Source: Candidatus Micrarchaeia archaeon | GTDB lineage: Archaea > Micrarchaeota > Micrarchaeia > CAILAH01 | Reading direction: 5' to 3' | Length of the DNA stretch: 58,116 bases | NCBI GenBank assembly: GCA_049970015.1 | Contig: JBMFNT010000002.1 | Span: forward strand, 1-58,116 | Shown: piece by piece, positions 46,471 to 55,469 of the stretch | Layout: each line of letters begins with the position of its first letter | Position numbering within the stretch: the stretch's first letter is position 1 | Program-made: the position numbers and the translations under genes | The notes under the pieces: model-generated | Seen by the model: the letters and a program-made list of their open reading frames with translations, nothing else | Database searches by the model: none | What the model was told of the DNA's origin: nothing

Positions 46471-47115
46471 ATGTCCCTTATAGCGGGCATTGATGAGGCT
46501 GGGCGCGGGTCAGTCCTCGGCCCGCTTTCCATTGCACTTGTTTGTGGTAATGAAGATGATTTTTTATCTATTGAGCTTACGGATTCTAAGCTCCTCACAC
46601 GCAAGGAGCGCGAATCACTTTACCCTGAAATAAGGAAGAAGTTTTACACATCTTTTATTCTTATAACTGCGAATGAGCTTAATGAGCTTATGAGAAGGTT
46701 TTCGCTCAATGAAATAGAGGCGATGAAGGCAGCATACTTGATTGAAGAGCTTCCGTTAAACCCATCACAGGTTTATGTAGACTCTCCAGACCCAATCGCA
46801 GAAAACTTTGGGCACAGGATTTTGAGGCATATGCAAAAAAATGTTTGTATAAATGCAGAGCATAAGGCAGACTTCAATTATCCTGTTGTGAGTGCAGCAT
46901 CTATAGTTGCAAAGGTTGTTAGGGATTGGGAGATCGACAGGATACGGGATGAACTAGGGTATGATTTTCTTTCTGGTTATCCATCTGATGAATCCACAGT
47001 TCTTGCAGTGAAAGAAATGTTAAGGACGGGCAAAGGAATAGAGTATGTAAGGATGCATTGGAGCACGGTTGAGAACATACTGTCTGAACAGAAGAAGCTG
47101 CATGACTATTTCTAG
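46471..47115 (+). CDS. rnhB: Ribonuclease HII
   Basis: GIDEAGRGSVLGPL, DSK, and SAASIVAK. Confidence 0.92.
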   Translation: MSLIAGIDEAGRGSVLGPLSIALVCGNEDDFLSIELTDSKLLTRKERESLYPEIRKKFYTSFILITANELNELMRRFSLNEIEAMKAAYLIEELPLNPSQVYVDSPDPIAENFGHRILRHMQKNVCINAEHKADFNYPVVSAASIVAKVVRDWEIDRIRDELGYDFLSGYPSDESTVLAVKEMLRTGKGIEYVRMHWSTVENILSEQKKLHDYF

Positions 47116-47139
47116 TTTTTGGTTGATGTTCATTTCCTT

Positions 47140-47410
47140 TCAATTATCCTGTTGTGAGTGCAGCATCTATAGTTGCAAAGGTTGTTAGGGATTGGGAGAT
47201 CGACAGGATACGGGATGAACTAGGGTATGATTTTCTTTCTGGTTATCCATCTGATGAATCCACAGTTCTTGCAGTGAAAGAAATGTTAAGGACGGGCAAA
47301 GGAATAGAGTATGTAAGGATGCATTGGAGCACGGTTGAGAACATACTGTCTGAACAGAAGAAGCTGCATGACTATTTCTAGTTTTCGGTTGATGTTCATT
47401 TCCTTTCAAT
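47140..47410 (+). pseudogene. Tandem duplicate of the rnhB 3' third, the intergenic spacer and the last 15 nt of the convergent DHH gene
   Basis: 47140-47410 repeats 46874-47144 at an offset of 266 nt with one mismatch (t/c near 47118/47384). The junction lies at a shared tcctttcaat. Confidence 0.92.
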
Positions 47411-48718
47411 ACATTCCCCTATTCTTTTTATGAAAGTGTTCAAGTGCTCAGGCATGATAGTAGCTCCAGCAGCAATGTTATGGCCTCCACCGACACCAAT
47501 ATCTTTACAGGCATAACTCATTATTTTGCCAAGGTCAATCCCCATCTCAACGAGTCTTTTTGTTGCACGCCCACTCACCTTTATCTTTTTTTCCTTATCA
47601 AGCGATATGGCTATTATAGGTTTATCTGCATTTATTGTACCATACAACATTCCTGCAATCACTCCTATAATCCCATCTTCAATAACCCCCCTCCCATCCA
47701 GGAGATAGAATGTGCCAAGGTCAACAACATTTTGTGTGGCATATTCTATCCCTTCTCTAAGCTTCTTTCTGTGGTATTCAAGCAACCCCCTTGCTTTCTC
47801 ATATGCACCGGGACGCATGAGTATAACATCTATGCCAATCTCCGGATGTTCATGCCTTCCACATGCATTTAGCAGTGTTGAAAACTCGCTGGCATCAGAC
47901 ATCTCAGTACCCTCAGGATATGTCAATAATTCATAAACTTCTCCTACGAGTGCTCTTGCATCCTCCCTCTTTCCCTTTTCATGCATATAACCTATGAGTG
48001 CGCTCCTAAGCCGCATTTTTTCATCACTGCTAAGCTGGTTGTATGTTCTCCATTCTTCCCCAGATTTTAATTCAATACCTAAAGATTCATAAAATGCCTT
48101 CACATTATCTTCATTGCCTGTGAGCCCAGGGATTATTGGGTCAACTGAGTATAGCAGGAATTGGACCAATGGCCTGCTCACCCTGCCAAACATCGTAATA
48201 TCATTGTAATGTTTTACTACCCCTGCAGCCTCACCCTCCTCAAGCATTTTGCGGTTCCATCCTATAAGCGGTGCTTGCATATCTCCCACTGCACCAACTA
48301 TCCCTATTGGCGCGAGCACAGGATTTCTCAGCACAAAGTATGCTGTGGATGCCCCTGACATCTCGTATGTTCCATCTATACCAAAAAGCCTTGGGTTGAC
48401 TTGTAGTATCCCTGTTTTTTCGATCGGAGGATGATGGTCGATCACCATGATATTTTTGTCAATACCTTCCAATTGTTCCTGTGCAGCAAGGTCTGCCAGT
48501 ATTATGTTTTCTTCCCGAGAGTTTGCAATTGCCTCTATTTCCTTGTCTGACAGCTTTCTGCAACTTTCCATTCTATAACTCTTGCCTTGGAGCTCAAGTG
48601 CCTTAGCAATTAGCCCTCCACTGCATAATCCATCTGCATCATAGTGATGTACAAGAAGGAACATATCTTTCTTTTCTATGAATTCCCGCGCCTCACTACA
48701 CCTCTTCTCAAAAGACAT
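47396..48718 (-). CDS. DHH-family RecJ/GAN(Cdc45)-like nuclease
   Basis: HHYDADGLCSG, VIDHH, and GGGHNIAAG. Confidence 0.82.
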   Translation of the reverse strand: MSFEKRCSEAREFIEKKDMFLLVHHYDADGLCSGGLIAKALELQGKSYRMESCRKLSDKEIEAIANSREENIILADLAAQEQLEGIDKNIMVIDHHPPIEKTGILQVNPRLFGIDGTYEMSGASTAYFVLRNPVLAPIGIVGAVGDMQAPLIGWNRKMLEEGEAAGVVKHYNDITMFGRVSRPLVQFLLYSVDPIIPGLTGNEDNVKAFYESLGIELKSGEEWRTYNQLSSDEKMRLRSALIGYMHEKGKREDARALVGEVYELLTYPEGTEMSDASEFSTLLNACGRHEHPEIGIDVILMRPGAYEKARGLLEYHRKKLREGIEYATQNVVDLGTFYLLDGRGVIEDGIIGVIAGMLYGTINADKPIIAISLDKEKKIKVSGRATKRLVEMGIDLGKIMSYACKDIGVGGGHNIAAGATIMPEHLNTFIKRIGECIERK

Positions 48719-48769
48719 ATTTGCTGATTAGTGTGTTAATTTTTAATAATTCTGCCCAAGAGATTTACA

Positions 48770-49408
48770 ATGATACTTGATTGGAGGATAGGATTTGCAG
48801 TTTATCTACTGTTTTCCACATTCCTTGTTGTCTTGGTGGTGGGGGCACCAGTCGCAGCACTTTTAGGCCATGATAATATTGCAAGTGCCCTTTACAATGC
48901 AGCAAAGCCGTTGTGCCACCAATGGATTTATCGGTCGCAGTGCATACTAGATAATGGTAAGTACTGGGTGTTTGATGATTGCATCCCACAGTCAACACAA
49001 TCAAATGTTATAGTTGAGACTAAATATTCATCATCCTTCAGAGGGTTTGATGGTTATTTCAGGTACTCGCGCGATCAAATCGGAATAAATAGGGCAGAGC
49101 ATGTCATACGTGATGGAATGGAAGGATACAAGATAGCAGTATGCTCGCGTGATTTTTTTATGTATCTTGGCCTTCTTATTGCAGCACCTGCTTATTTACT
49201 ACTCAGGAAAAGAATTACTACACTTCCATCAATGATCTACCTACTCATTGCCCTTGTGCCAATGGGTATTGATGGGACTGGACAACTTTTAGGTTTCTGG
49301 GAAAGCACAAACCTTGTAAGAAGTGCAACCGGCCTTATTGTAGGGATTGTAATGGGGTACTATTTAGTTTTCCTAACATGTGAAATTTTCGACAGAAAAC
49401 GAACGTAG
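48770..49408 (+). CDS. DUF2085-like membrane protein
   Basis: The CHQ motif (PLCHQWIYRS), a second Cys (AVCSRD), and four TM helices. Confidence 0.55.
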   Translation: MILDWRIGFAVYLLFSTFLVVLVVGAPVAALLGHDNIASALYNAAKPLCHQWIYRSQCILDNGKYWVFDDCIPQSTQSNVIVETKYSSSFRGFDGYFRYSRDQIGINRAEHVIRDGMEGYKIAVCSRDFFMYLGLLIAAPAYLLLRKRITTLPSMIYLLIALVPMGIDGTGQLLGFWESTNLVRSATGLIVGIVMGYYLVFLTCEIFDRKRT

Positions 49409-49447
49409 TGGAAATGTTTTTTAAATATTACCCATTCTAATGAGATT

Positions 49448-50869
49448 ATGCCTGTCCAATCGCATTTCACTTTTGAGAACACTTCACAGGTTAAAGTTCC
49501 AGAGGATCCAATAGAACGTGTTATAGGACAGGAGCATGTGATTGGTATTGCACGCATAGTTGCAAAGCAAAGGAGGCACCTGCTTCTTGTTGGTCCACCG
49601 GGTACAGGAAAGAGTTTCATAGCAAATACGATATCTGCGCTTCTTCCACCGCCATCATCACAGGTTGAAGTATACCAAAACATAAATGAGCCGCACAGGC
49701 CAATACTTAGGGTGAGGAACAGGGAAGAGGTCTTGAGTGAGCGGCGTCAGCACTCTAACGCACGGCTTGTTGACCCGCGCGATGTTCCATATTATGTATC
49801 AGAGCGTTTAGGGTTCAGGTGCAGGAAGTGCGGTACGATAAGTGATCCAGAGTCCAACATATGTTTGTACTGCGGTGCAGAGAAATACTATAGGAACAGG
49901 AATTTTGAGGATATGTTTTCAGCAACTCCGCGTCTTACAAAAGATGACAAGGTACTCATGCGTAAGACTAACCAGAAGGGAGAAGAAGAAGAGATAGTTT
50001 ACGAAAGGCATGGAAGCAAGGTAAAGGTCTACAAGAGTATGGAAAACCGACTGGGTACCATGCGCAAGGTCATAGTAAGCCTTGAACGGAAAACTTTTGT
50101 TCAGGCGACAGGTGCAAGCGAGTCCGAGCTTCTTGGGGATGTCATGCATGATCCATATGGGGGCCATCCCGAGATTGGCATACCACCGCATGAGAGGATA
50201 GTGCCCGGAGCGATTCACGAGGCGCATGAAGGCGTACTATTCATAGATGAACTTTCAACACTTGGTGAGCTGCAGAGGTATATATTGACTGCAATGCAGG
50301 ATAAGAAATTTCCAATAATTGGCAGAAATGCTACCAGCACTGGTGCAATCATCCGTGTGGATAATGTGCCATGTGATTTTATGCTCATAGGTGCAGTAAA
50401 CATAAATGACGTACCACACATACTACCTCCCCTGCGCTCAAGGATAATAGGTTCTGGGTATGAAGTTTTGCTTAACACAGTTATGGAGGATAACGAAAAA
50501 AACAGAGAGAAGATGGCACAGTTTATTGCACAGGAAATACAGAAGGATGGTAGGATACCACATGCTACAGCATCTGCATGTGAATGCATACTCAACGAAT
50601 CACGGATTCGTGCAAGGCAAATGGACGGCAAGGATGGATTAACCTTAAGGCTGCGTGACCTGAGCGGGATAATAAAGATGGCTGGGGATATTGCAATCGT
50701 TGATGGTGCTGAATTCATTGATACAGAGCATGTGATGAGTGCGCTCAAGCGTGCGAGAAGTATAGAGGAACAGCTGATGGATGACTACGGTAGTGTGTGG
50801 CGTGCTGGCATGAGTGACTATGCATCTTTCTCACGGAAAAGGAAAGATTCTGTGAGTGAAGTAAGATGA
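49448..50869 (+). CDS. Lon-related AAA+ ATPase with a zinc-ribbon insert and no protease domain
   Basis: Walker A VGPPGTGKS, inserted CRKCG...CLYCG, Walker B VLFIDEL, and a sensor region. The ORF ends where the Lon S16 domain would begin. Confidence 0.7.
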   Translation: MPVQSHFTFENTSQVKVPEDPIERVIGQEHVIGIARIVAKQRRHLLLVGPPGTGKSFIANTISALLPPPSSQVEVYQNINEPHRPILRVRNREEVLSERRQHSNARLVDPRDVPYYVSERLGFRCRKCGTISDPESNICLYCGAEKYYRNRNFEDMFSATPRLTKDDKVLMRKTNQKGEEEEIVYERHGSKVKVYKSMENRLGTMRKVIVSLERKTFVQATGASESELLGDVMHDPYGGHPEIGIPPHERIVPGAIHEAHEGVLFIDELSTLGELQRYILTAMQDKKFPIIGRNATSTGAIIRVDNVPCDFMLIGAVNINDVPHILPPLRSRIIGSGYEVLLNTVMEDNEKNREKMAQFIAQEIQKDGRIPHATASACECILNESRIRARQMDGKDGLTLRLRDLSGIIKMAGDIAIVDGAEFIDTEHVMSALKRARSIEEQLMDDYGSVWRAGMSDYASFSRKRKDSVSEVR

Positions 50870-51657
50870 TAGGCCTAGCCAACCCTGGGCGTGTAAAGAG
50901 AGAAGTTTACGATTTTTATTGTAATTATCCATATCCAAGCATACCTTCAATCTTTTCGAAAACACACAGACAGTTGATGAGGAGGATATTTTTGCTTGCT
51001 GGCTATAGAAGTGTAAGGGGGTTGAGGGTTCTTGATGCAGGGTGCGGTACAGGTGAAAAATCTGTATACCTTGCACTTAATGGAGCGGAAGTTACTGCGG
51101 TTGACTTCTCTCCCTCTCAGCTTTGTATAGCCAAAAGCCTCGCTGACAAGTATAATGTAGAAATCGATTTTGTGCAAGCTGACATATCTAATGTTGATTT
51201 GAAAAAGAAGTTTGACTTTGTGCTTTGTTTAGGTGTGCTCCATCATATGCCTGATTTTCATGAAGGGTTCTGTAATGTATCACGCCACACAGAAGAAGGA
51301 GGAAGGATTGTTTTAGGGTTGTATAATAAGTATGGAAGGCTAAGGTATAGAATAGAGAGAAAATTGCTAAGAATACTTAATGGAAATGACCCTAATAAGA
51401 TAATGAATTTTATTATGAATTCACCATTTGCATTTCCATTACGCACAGCATCCAGGCAAACATTATACGACAGATACGCTGTGCCTTATGAAACATACCA
51501 TACGCTTGAAGAGGTAAGGCAGCTGTTTTCAAAAAACAAGTTTAGTGTTTTAGGCATCCATCCAAGGTATGTTTATAGCGACCTTGTCTCACAGCTTGTT
51601 TGGCTGTTAAGCGGCAAATCTTTCTTCTTTGTATTTGGTGAAAAGAAAGAATTATGA
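50866..51657 (+). CDS. Class I SAM-dependent methyltransferase
   Basis: VLDAGCGTGEKS, AVDFS, and LGVLHH. Its start overlaps the Lon-like stop by 4 nt. Confidence 0.75.
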   Translation: MIGLANPGRVKREVYDFYCNYPYPSIPSIFSKTHRQLMRRIFLLAGYRSVRGLRVLDAGCGTGEKSVYLALNGAEVTAVDFSPSQLCIAKSLADKYNVEIDFVQADISNVDLKKKFDFVLCLGVLHHMPDFHEGFCNVSRHTEEGGRIVLGLYNKYGRLRYRIERKLLRILNGNDPNKIMNFIMNSPFAFPLRTASRQTLYDRYAVPYETYHTLEEVRQLFSKNKFSVLGIHPRYVYSDLVSQLVWLLSGKSFFFVFGEKKEL

Positions 51658-52833
51658 AAGGATTTTCTCAATTATTGATTTTATCTTGTATGGGTCATAA
51701 GTAAGCTTGATAAACCTTGTCTGCCCGCGTGTGCCTTTCCCAGAAGAGGTCAGGGTGATCAGCCCGAGCATATCCAAATCGTGAAGATATTCTGAGAACC
51801 ATCTTGAGCTTCTTGGAGAAATTCCAATAGATTTGCATGCTGCTACATAACTGTCATACACTTCACCTGACATGAACACATCTTGTCCATCATCACCAAG
51901 TTTCTTGTACTGACTGCCTTTTATGTAGAGCATTGATATGCCATACAATGCAATCTGTTCGTGTTGGGGTAGTGTGGATATTGTCTCAATCGCAAGGTCC
52001 TCATCAACACTTCTTCGCGCAAGCTCAACATGCTCTTCCGTAATCAACCTATGCCCTCTCTCATTTGCAATCATTCCAGCTTTGAGCACGAGCTTGAGCG
52101 CATACCTTGCATCTCCAGTCTCTCGTGCGGCAAGTGCAGATGCCATTCTTATGGCCGGCTCTGTCAGCACACCATCCATGAATGCTTTCTCCCCCCTTTG
52201 CTTTATTATCTCGTATAGCTGGGATGCATTATAAGGCCTAAAAACCAGTTCAGTCTCATAAAGCCCACTCTTGCTCCGTGGATCAAGCCGTTCTTTGAAG
52301 TGTAGCCTGTTTGATATGCCGATCATTGAAAGGCTTCCCGCCTCAAGCTCATCATTTGTACGAGTTATTGTGTATACCAGGTCATCAACATCGTTTACCA
52401 TATCTATTTCATCCATAATAACAATCAGGTGCATGTTGTTTTCTTCAATCCATTCCAGTATTGTTTCATACAACTTTGATAAGGGGTATCCCATCTTTGC
52501 ATCCCCCTTACATATATCGTTTGCAATCTTAAACATGACCTTGTACCGTGAGTCATATATCCTGCAGTTCATATACCGCATAACTGAGTTCTTCTTCATT
52601 TCGTTGAACTTTTCCATCACATGCTTTGAACAGCAGGTCTTGCCAGTTCCAGTTTTCCCATACAGGAACATATTCTTTGGCTTTGTGTTTTTAAGTGCGG
52701 GTGCAACAGTTTTCATTATAGTTTCAATCTCCTGCTCACGGTGTGGCAATATGTCAGGGACAAAATGCGGTGATAAAACATTCATATCATTGAAGATCCC
52801 ATTCTTTTGGACAATTTCTTCAAAGGTCAGCAT
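51652..52833 (-). CDS. cdc6: Orc1/Cdc6 replication initiator
   Basis: LPHREQE, LYGKTGTGKT, IMDEID, and a C-terminal winged helix. Confidence 0.9.
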   Translation of the reverse strand: MLTFEEIVQKNGIFNDMNVLSPHFVPDILPHREQEIETIMKTVAPALKNTKPKNMFLYGKTGTGKTCCSKHVMEKFNEMKKNSVMRYMNCRIYDSRYKVMFKIANDICKGDAKMGYPLSKLYETILEWIEENNMHLIVIMDEIDMVNDVDDLVYTITRTNDELEAGSLSMIGISNRLHFKERLDPRSKSGLYETELVFRPYNASQLYEIIKQRGEKAFMDGVLTEPAIRMASALAARETGDARYALKLVLKAGMIANERGHRLITEEHVELARRSVDEDLAIETISTLPQHEQIALYGISMLYIKGSQYKKLGDDGQDVFMSGEVYDSYVAACKSIGISPRSSRWFSEYLHDLDMLGLITLTSSGKGTRGQTRFIKLTYDPYKIKSIIEKILS

Positions 52834-52964
52834 TTCATCCCTCCAAAAATAAGCATCACTTTTAGTACATAAACTATTAAATAACTAATCCATGCTTTGC
52901 ACTTGGCAGCACTCAAGAATACTATATTTATAACTTTTATTGTAGCAATATAAACGGTGGTACT

Positions 52965-53330
52965 ATGGGAATACTGCAAAAATTTTCCAGCGCCCTAGGT
53001 CTCGGGGGGAGTGAGATGAATCTTCAGGAATACCTAAATACTGAAGATTTGGAGAATCTCGCCGAAGAGGAGGAAACTGTTGCCGCATATGTCAAGCCTG
53101 TTGCGCTCGAGAGCATGAAGGTGATTTCTGAAGTGCAGGAGGAGTTGAACAACGGAAACATAATACTTCTTAACATATCCCCCATGCTCAAAGACGAAAG
53201 GATGCTGAGCGAGGTAGTTAACAGGCTGAAGGAGCATGCAACCAAGATTCGTGGGGATATTGCAAGGATTGATAATGAGAAAATACTTTTAACTCCATCG
53301 AGAATAAAAATAGTGAAGAGAAGAAAGTAA
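52965..53330 (+). CDS. sepF: SepF-like cell division protein (DUF552)
   Basis: YVKPVALESMKVISEVQEELNNGNIILLNIS...GDIARIDNEKILLTP. Confidence 0.65.
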   Translation: MGILQKFSSALGLGGSEMNLQEYLNTEDLENLAEEEETVAAYVKPVALESMKVISEVQEELNNGNIILLNISPMLKDERMLSEVVNRLKEHATKIRGDIARIDNEKILLTPSRIKIVKRRK

Positions 53331-53349
53331 TTCTCTATTTTACTTCTTT

Positions 53350-54030
53350 TTAGGTTTTCTTTGTAATCTCTTTTAATACACATATGATCGAGTTAACCTC
53401 TTCATCAGATGCCCTTGTCAGCATATTCTTGAATGCACGCATGCACTTATCTTTGTTCTTTAAGCTTTTGCTTACGCGGTCAACAAGCAACCCAAAATAT
53501 TTAAGTGCATGTACCCTGGTTTTTGTATTAATTTCCTGTATATTGTTCATGGAATATTTTTTTCTTGAGAGCACATATGCAATTATCCCCGAGGCCACTG
53601 CAAGGTTTAGCGAGGCATATTCTTCGTCGGTCTCTATGTTTATGCAAAAATCACAATCACCAAGGACCTCAACAGGCAACCCAGTATCCTCACGGCCAAA
53701 CACAACCGCTGCATTGCTAAAGTCAATATAATTCCTTCTTTTTTCTATATCAGAGAGCTGTACCAGGTTTACAAGCCTCTTCCTACCTTTCTTTATGTTT
53801 CCAGTAGTACCTATCACTGGATAGCGCCCGCGGACAGCATATTTAAATGATTTCACAACATGTGCCTTTTTCAGCACATCTGCACCATGTTTGGCATATT
53901 TCATTGCAGTAAACCCTAAAGGCGCAATCGGGTTAACTATGTACAATTCTTCTATTCCAAAATTCTTCATAACACGGCATACCTTCCCAACATTCATGTC
54001 ATATATAGGTTCATAAAGCACAAATCTCAT
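53350..54030 (-). CDS. SpoU/TrmH-family RNA 2'-O-methyltransferase (TrmJ-like)
   Basis: NVGKVCRVMKNFG, VFGREDTGL, and SLNLAVASGIIAY. Confidence 0.78.
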   Translation of the reverse strand: MRFVLYEPIYDMNVGKVCRVMKNFGIEELYIVNPIAPLGFTAMKYAKHGADVLKKAHVVKSFKYAVRGRYPVIGTTGNIKKGRKRLVNLVQLSDIEKRRNYIDFSNAAVVFGREDTGLPVEVLGDCDFCINIETDEEYASLNLAVASGIIAYVLSRKKYSMNNIQEINTKTRVHALKYFGLLVDRVSKSLKNKDKCMRAFKNMLTRASDEEVNSIICVLKEITKKT

Positions 54031-54542
54031 TTTAATTCCACCAAGTATATTTTTTCAAAGAATAACTGCCTTTCCCTTATTACATTCCATGAATATCCGC
54101 ACCCCAGCGCATACCTCTTATACTTTTCATACCCTCTATCTGATATTACCATAAGTATAGACCCATTTTCTGCAAGATTATTGCGAGCTGTATTCAGGAA
54201 TTTCATTATAATATCCTCTCCGTTTTGGATATGTGTCCAGCAGATATCCCTCGGCTCGGAATCATCAAGGTAAGGGGTGTTAAATGCAATCAGGTCAAAC
54301 TTACCCTCTACCTCTGTGAACAGATCGCTAATAATAAACTTTACATTCTCTCTCTTTACATTTGTCTTTGCGCTCTCCACGGCCTGAGGGTTTATATCCA
54401 CACATACTATCTCATCTGCATTTCCTATACAGTTGGCCTGTATTCCATTACCTGTTCCCATATCAAGGAACCTTTTGCATTTTCTATTCTTGAGCTCATC
54501 TGCAAGCAGGTAAGAATCATCTGCGGGTTCATAGATATACAT
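54027..54542 (-). CDS. HemK/Mtq2-like N5-glutamine methyltransferase
   Basis: VYEPADDSYLL, LDMGTGNG, and FNTPYL (NPPY-like). Confidence 0.72.
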   Translation of the reverse strand: MYIYEPADDSYLLADELKNRKCKRFLDMGTGNGIQANCIGNADEIVCVDINPQAVESAKTNVKRENVKFIISDLFTEVEGKFDLIAFNTPYLDDSEPRDICWTHIQNGEDIIMKFLNTARNNLAENGSILMVISDRGYEKYKRYALGCGYSWNVIRERQLFFEKIYLVELK

Positions 54543-54594
54543 AGTTGGGTTTATGCATATGTTATTTTTAAAAGCATTAATATGCTAATGGAAA

Positions 54595-55305
54595 GTGGTG
54601 TTAAGCGTGAAAGCCCAGATAAAAAATACAACTGTTGGACAAATTTTGGTGTTCACACTTTCCAAGGGAGAGTATGCATATGTTGAGCCAGGTGGAATCA
54701 TATCTTCAACTGGCCAGGTTGAAATCAAGAGCGAGATTGCTGGAGGCCTTGAATCAGGTATACTTAGGATGTTTGGCGGAGGGGAGAGTGCATTCATAAA
54801 CAAAGTAACCGCAATTGAAGACACGGTCTTGGAGGTTGGTGTTTTATTACCAAGTGAAATAATTGAGGTAAACCTAGATGGTGCAATGATTTTGGGGGAT
54901 GGAGTATACCTTGCACACACTGGAGATATAAATATATCATCAAAGTTTGGATGGCTCACATCACTTGTAGCAGGTGCTGGTCTCATGTTCTTGTATGCTG
55001 AGGGCAAGGGTAAGTTATATTTGGCAGGTGCTGAGAGTATGTTCATAAAGAAGCTTGGGGCAGGTGAGTCTTTCTATGTTGATAATGCATGCTTTGTTGG
55101 CACAGATGCAAATGCAAAGATTGAGAAATTCATTGTAGGAAAAGGGCTTGTGAGCAAGATTGTTAGTGGAGAGGGCATAATGCTTAAGATAACTGGCCCA
55201 GCAACAGTATACTACCAAACAGAGAGCCCAGTATCACTGGCTGAATACATTACCCGTTATCTGAAAAGAGGTAAGAATTATGTGCGGGTTCATAGGATTG
55301 ACTGA
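54595..55305 (+). CDS. AIM24 / DUF124 family protein
   Basis: Beta-rich protein with GGESAFINK, LAGAESMF and ITGPATVYYQT, typical of the family. GTG start. Confidence 0.65.
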   Translation: MVLSVKAQIKNTTVGQILVFTLSKGEYAYVEPGGIISSTGQVEIKSEIAGGLESGILRMFGGGESAFINKVTAIEDTVLEVGVLLPSEIIEVNLDGAMILGDGVYLAHTGDINISSKFGWLTSLVAGAGLMFLYAEGKGKLYLAGAESMFIKKLGAGESFYVDNACFVGTDANAKIEKFIVGKGLVSKIVSGEGIMLKITGPATVYYQTESPVSLAEYITRYLKRGKNYVRVHRID

Positions 55306-55418
55306 ATACCTTGCCCGTTATGTAAGGGGATGAGCAAAGATAAGTTGTATAGGCCCAGCAACAGTATACTACCAGACAGAGAGCCCAGTATTACTGGCCA
55401 AATACCTTGCCTTTTCAC
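55196..55418 (+). repeat. Diverged tandem duplication of the AIM24 gene 3' end
   Basis: ggcccagcaacagtatactacca(a/g)acagagagcccagtat(c/t)actgg occurs at 55196 and 55352 (156-nt period). An extra partial copy, ctgaatac(c/a)tt(g/a)cccgttat, lies at 55240 and 55301. Confidence 0.85.
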
Positions 55419-55469
55419 TTTATGTAATTTATATAAAAGAAATGAGAAAAACCAAACAAGGTATGTTGT

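Noticed and set aside
49448-51657. Lon-like ATPase plus methyltransferase as a BREX-like defence fragment (BrxL/PglX)
   Set aside because: The methyltransferase is a small class I enzyme without DNA N6-adenine (D/N-PP-Y/F) motifs. No PglZ, BrxA/B/C or other defence genes are nearby. The ATPase lacks the protease domain that BrxL has.
52834-52964. Replication origin next to orc1/cdc6
   Set aside because: The 131-nt spacer is AT-rich, but I could find no repeated ORB or mini-ORB-like elements or inverted repeats. The promoters of cdc6 and sepF suffice to explain it. It cannot be supported from sequence alone.
1538-55418. Diversity-generating retroelement (VR/TR pairs) as an explanation for the duplicated gene 3' ends
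   Set aside because: There is no reverse transcriptase in the window. Two of the pairs are identical. Where copies differ, the substitutions are not adenine-specific.
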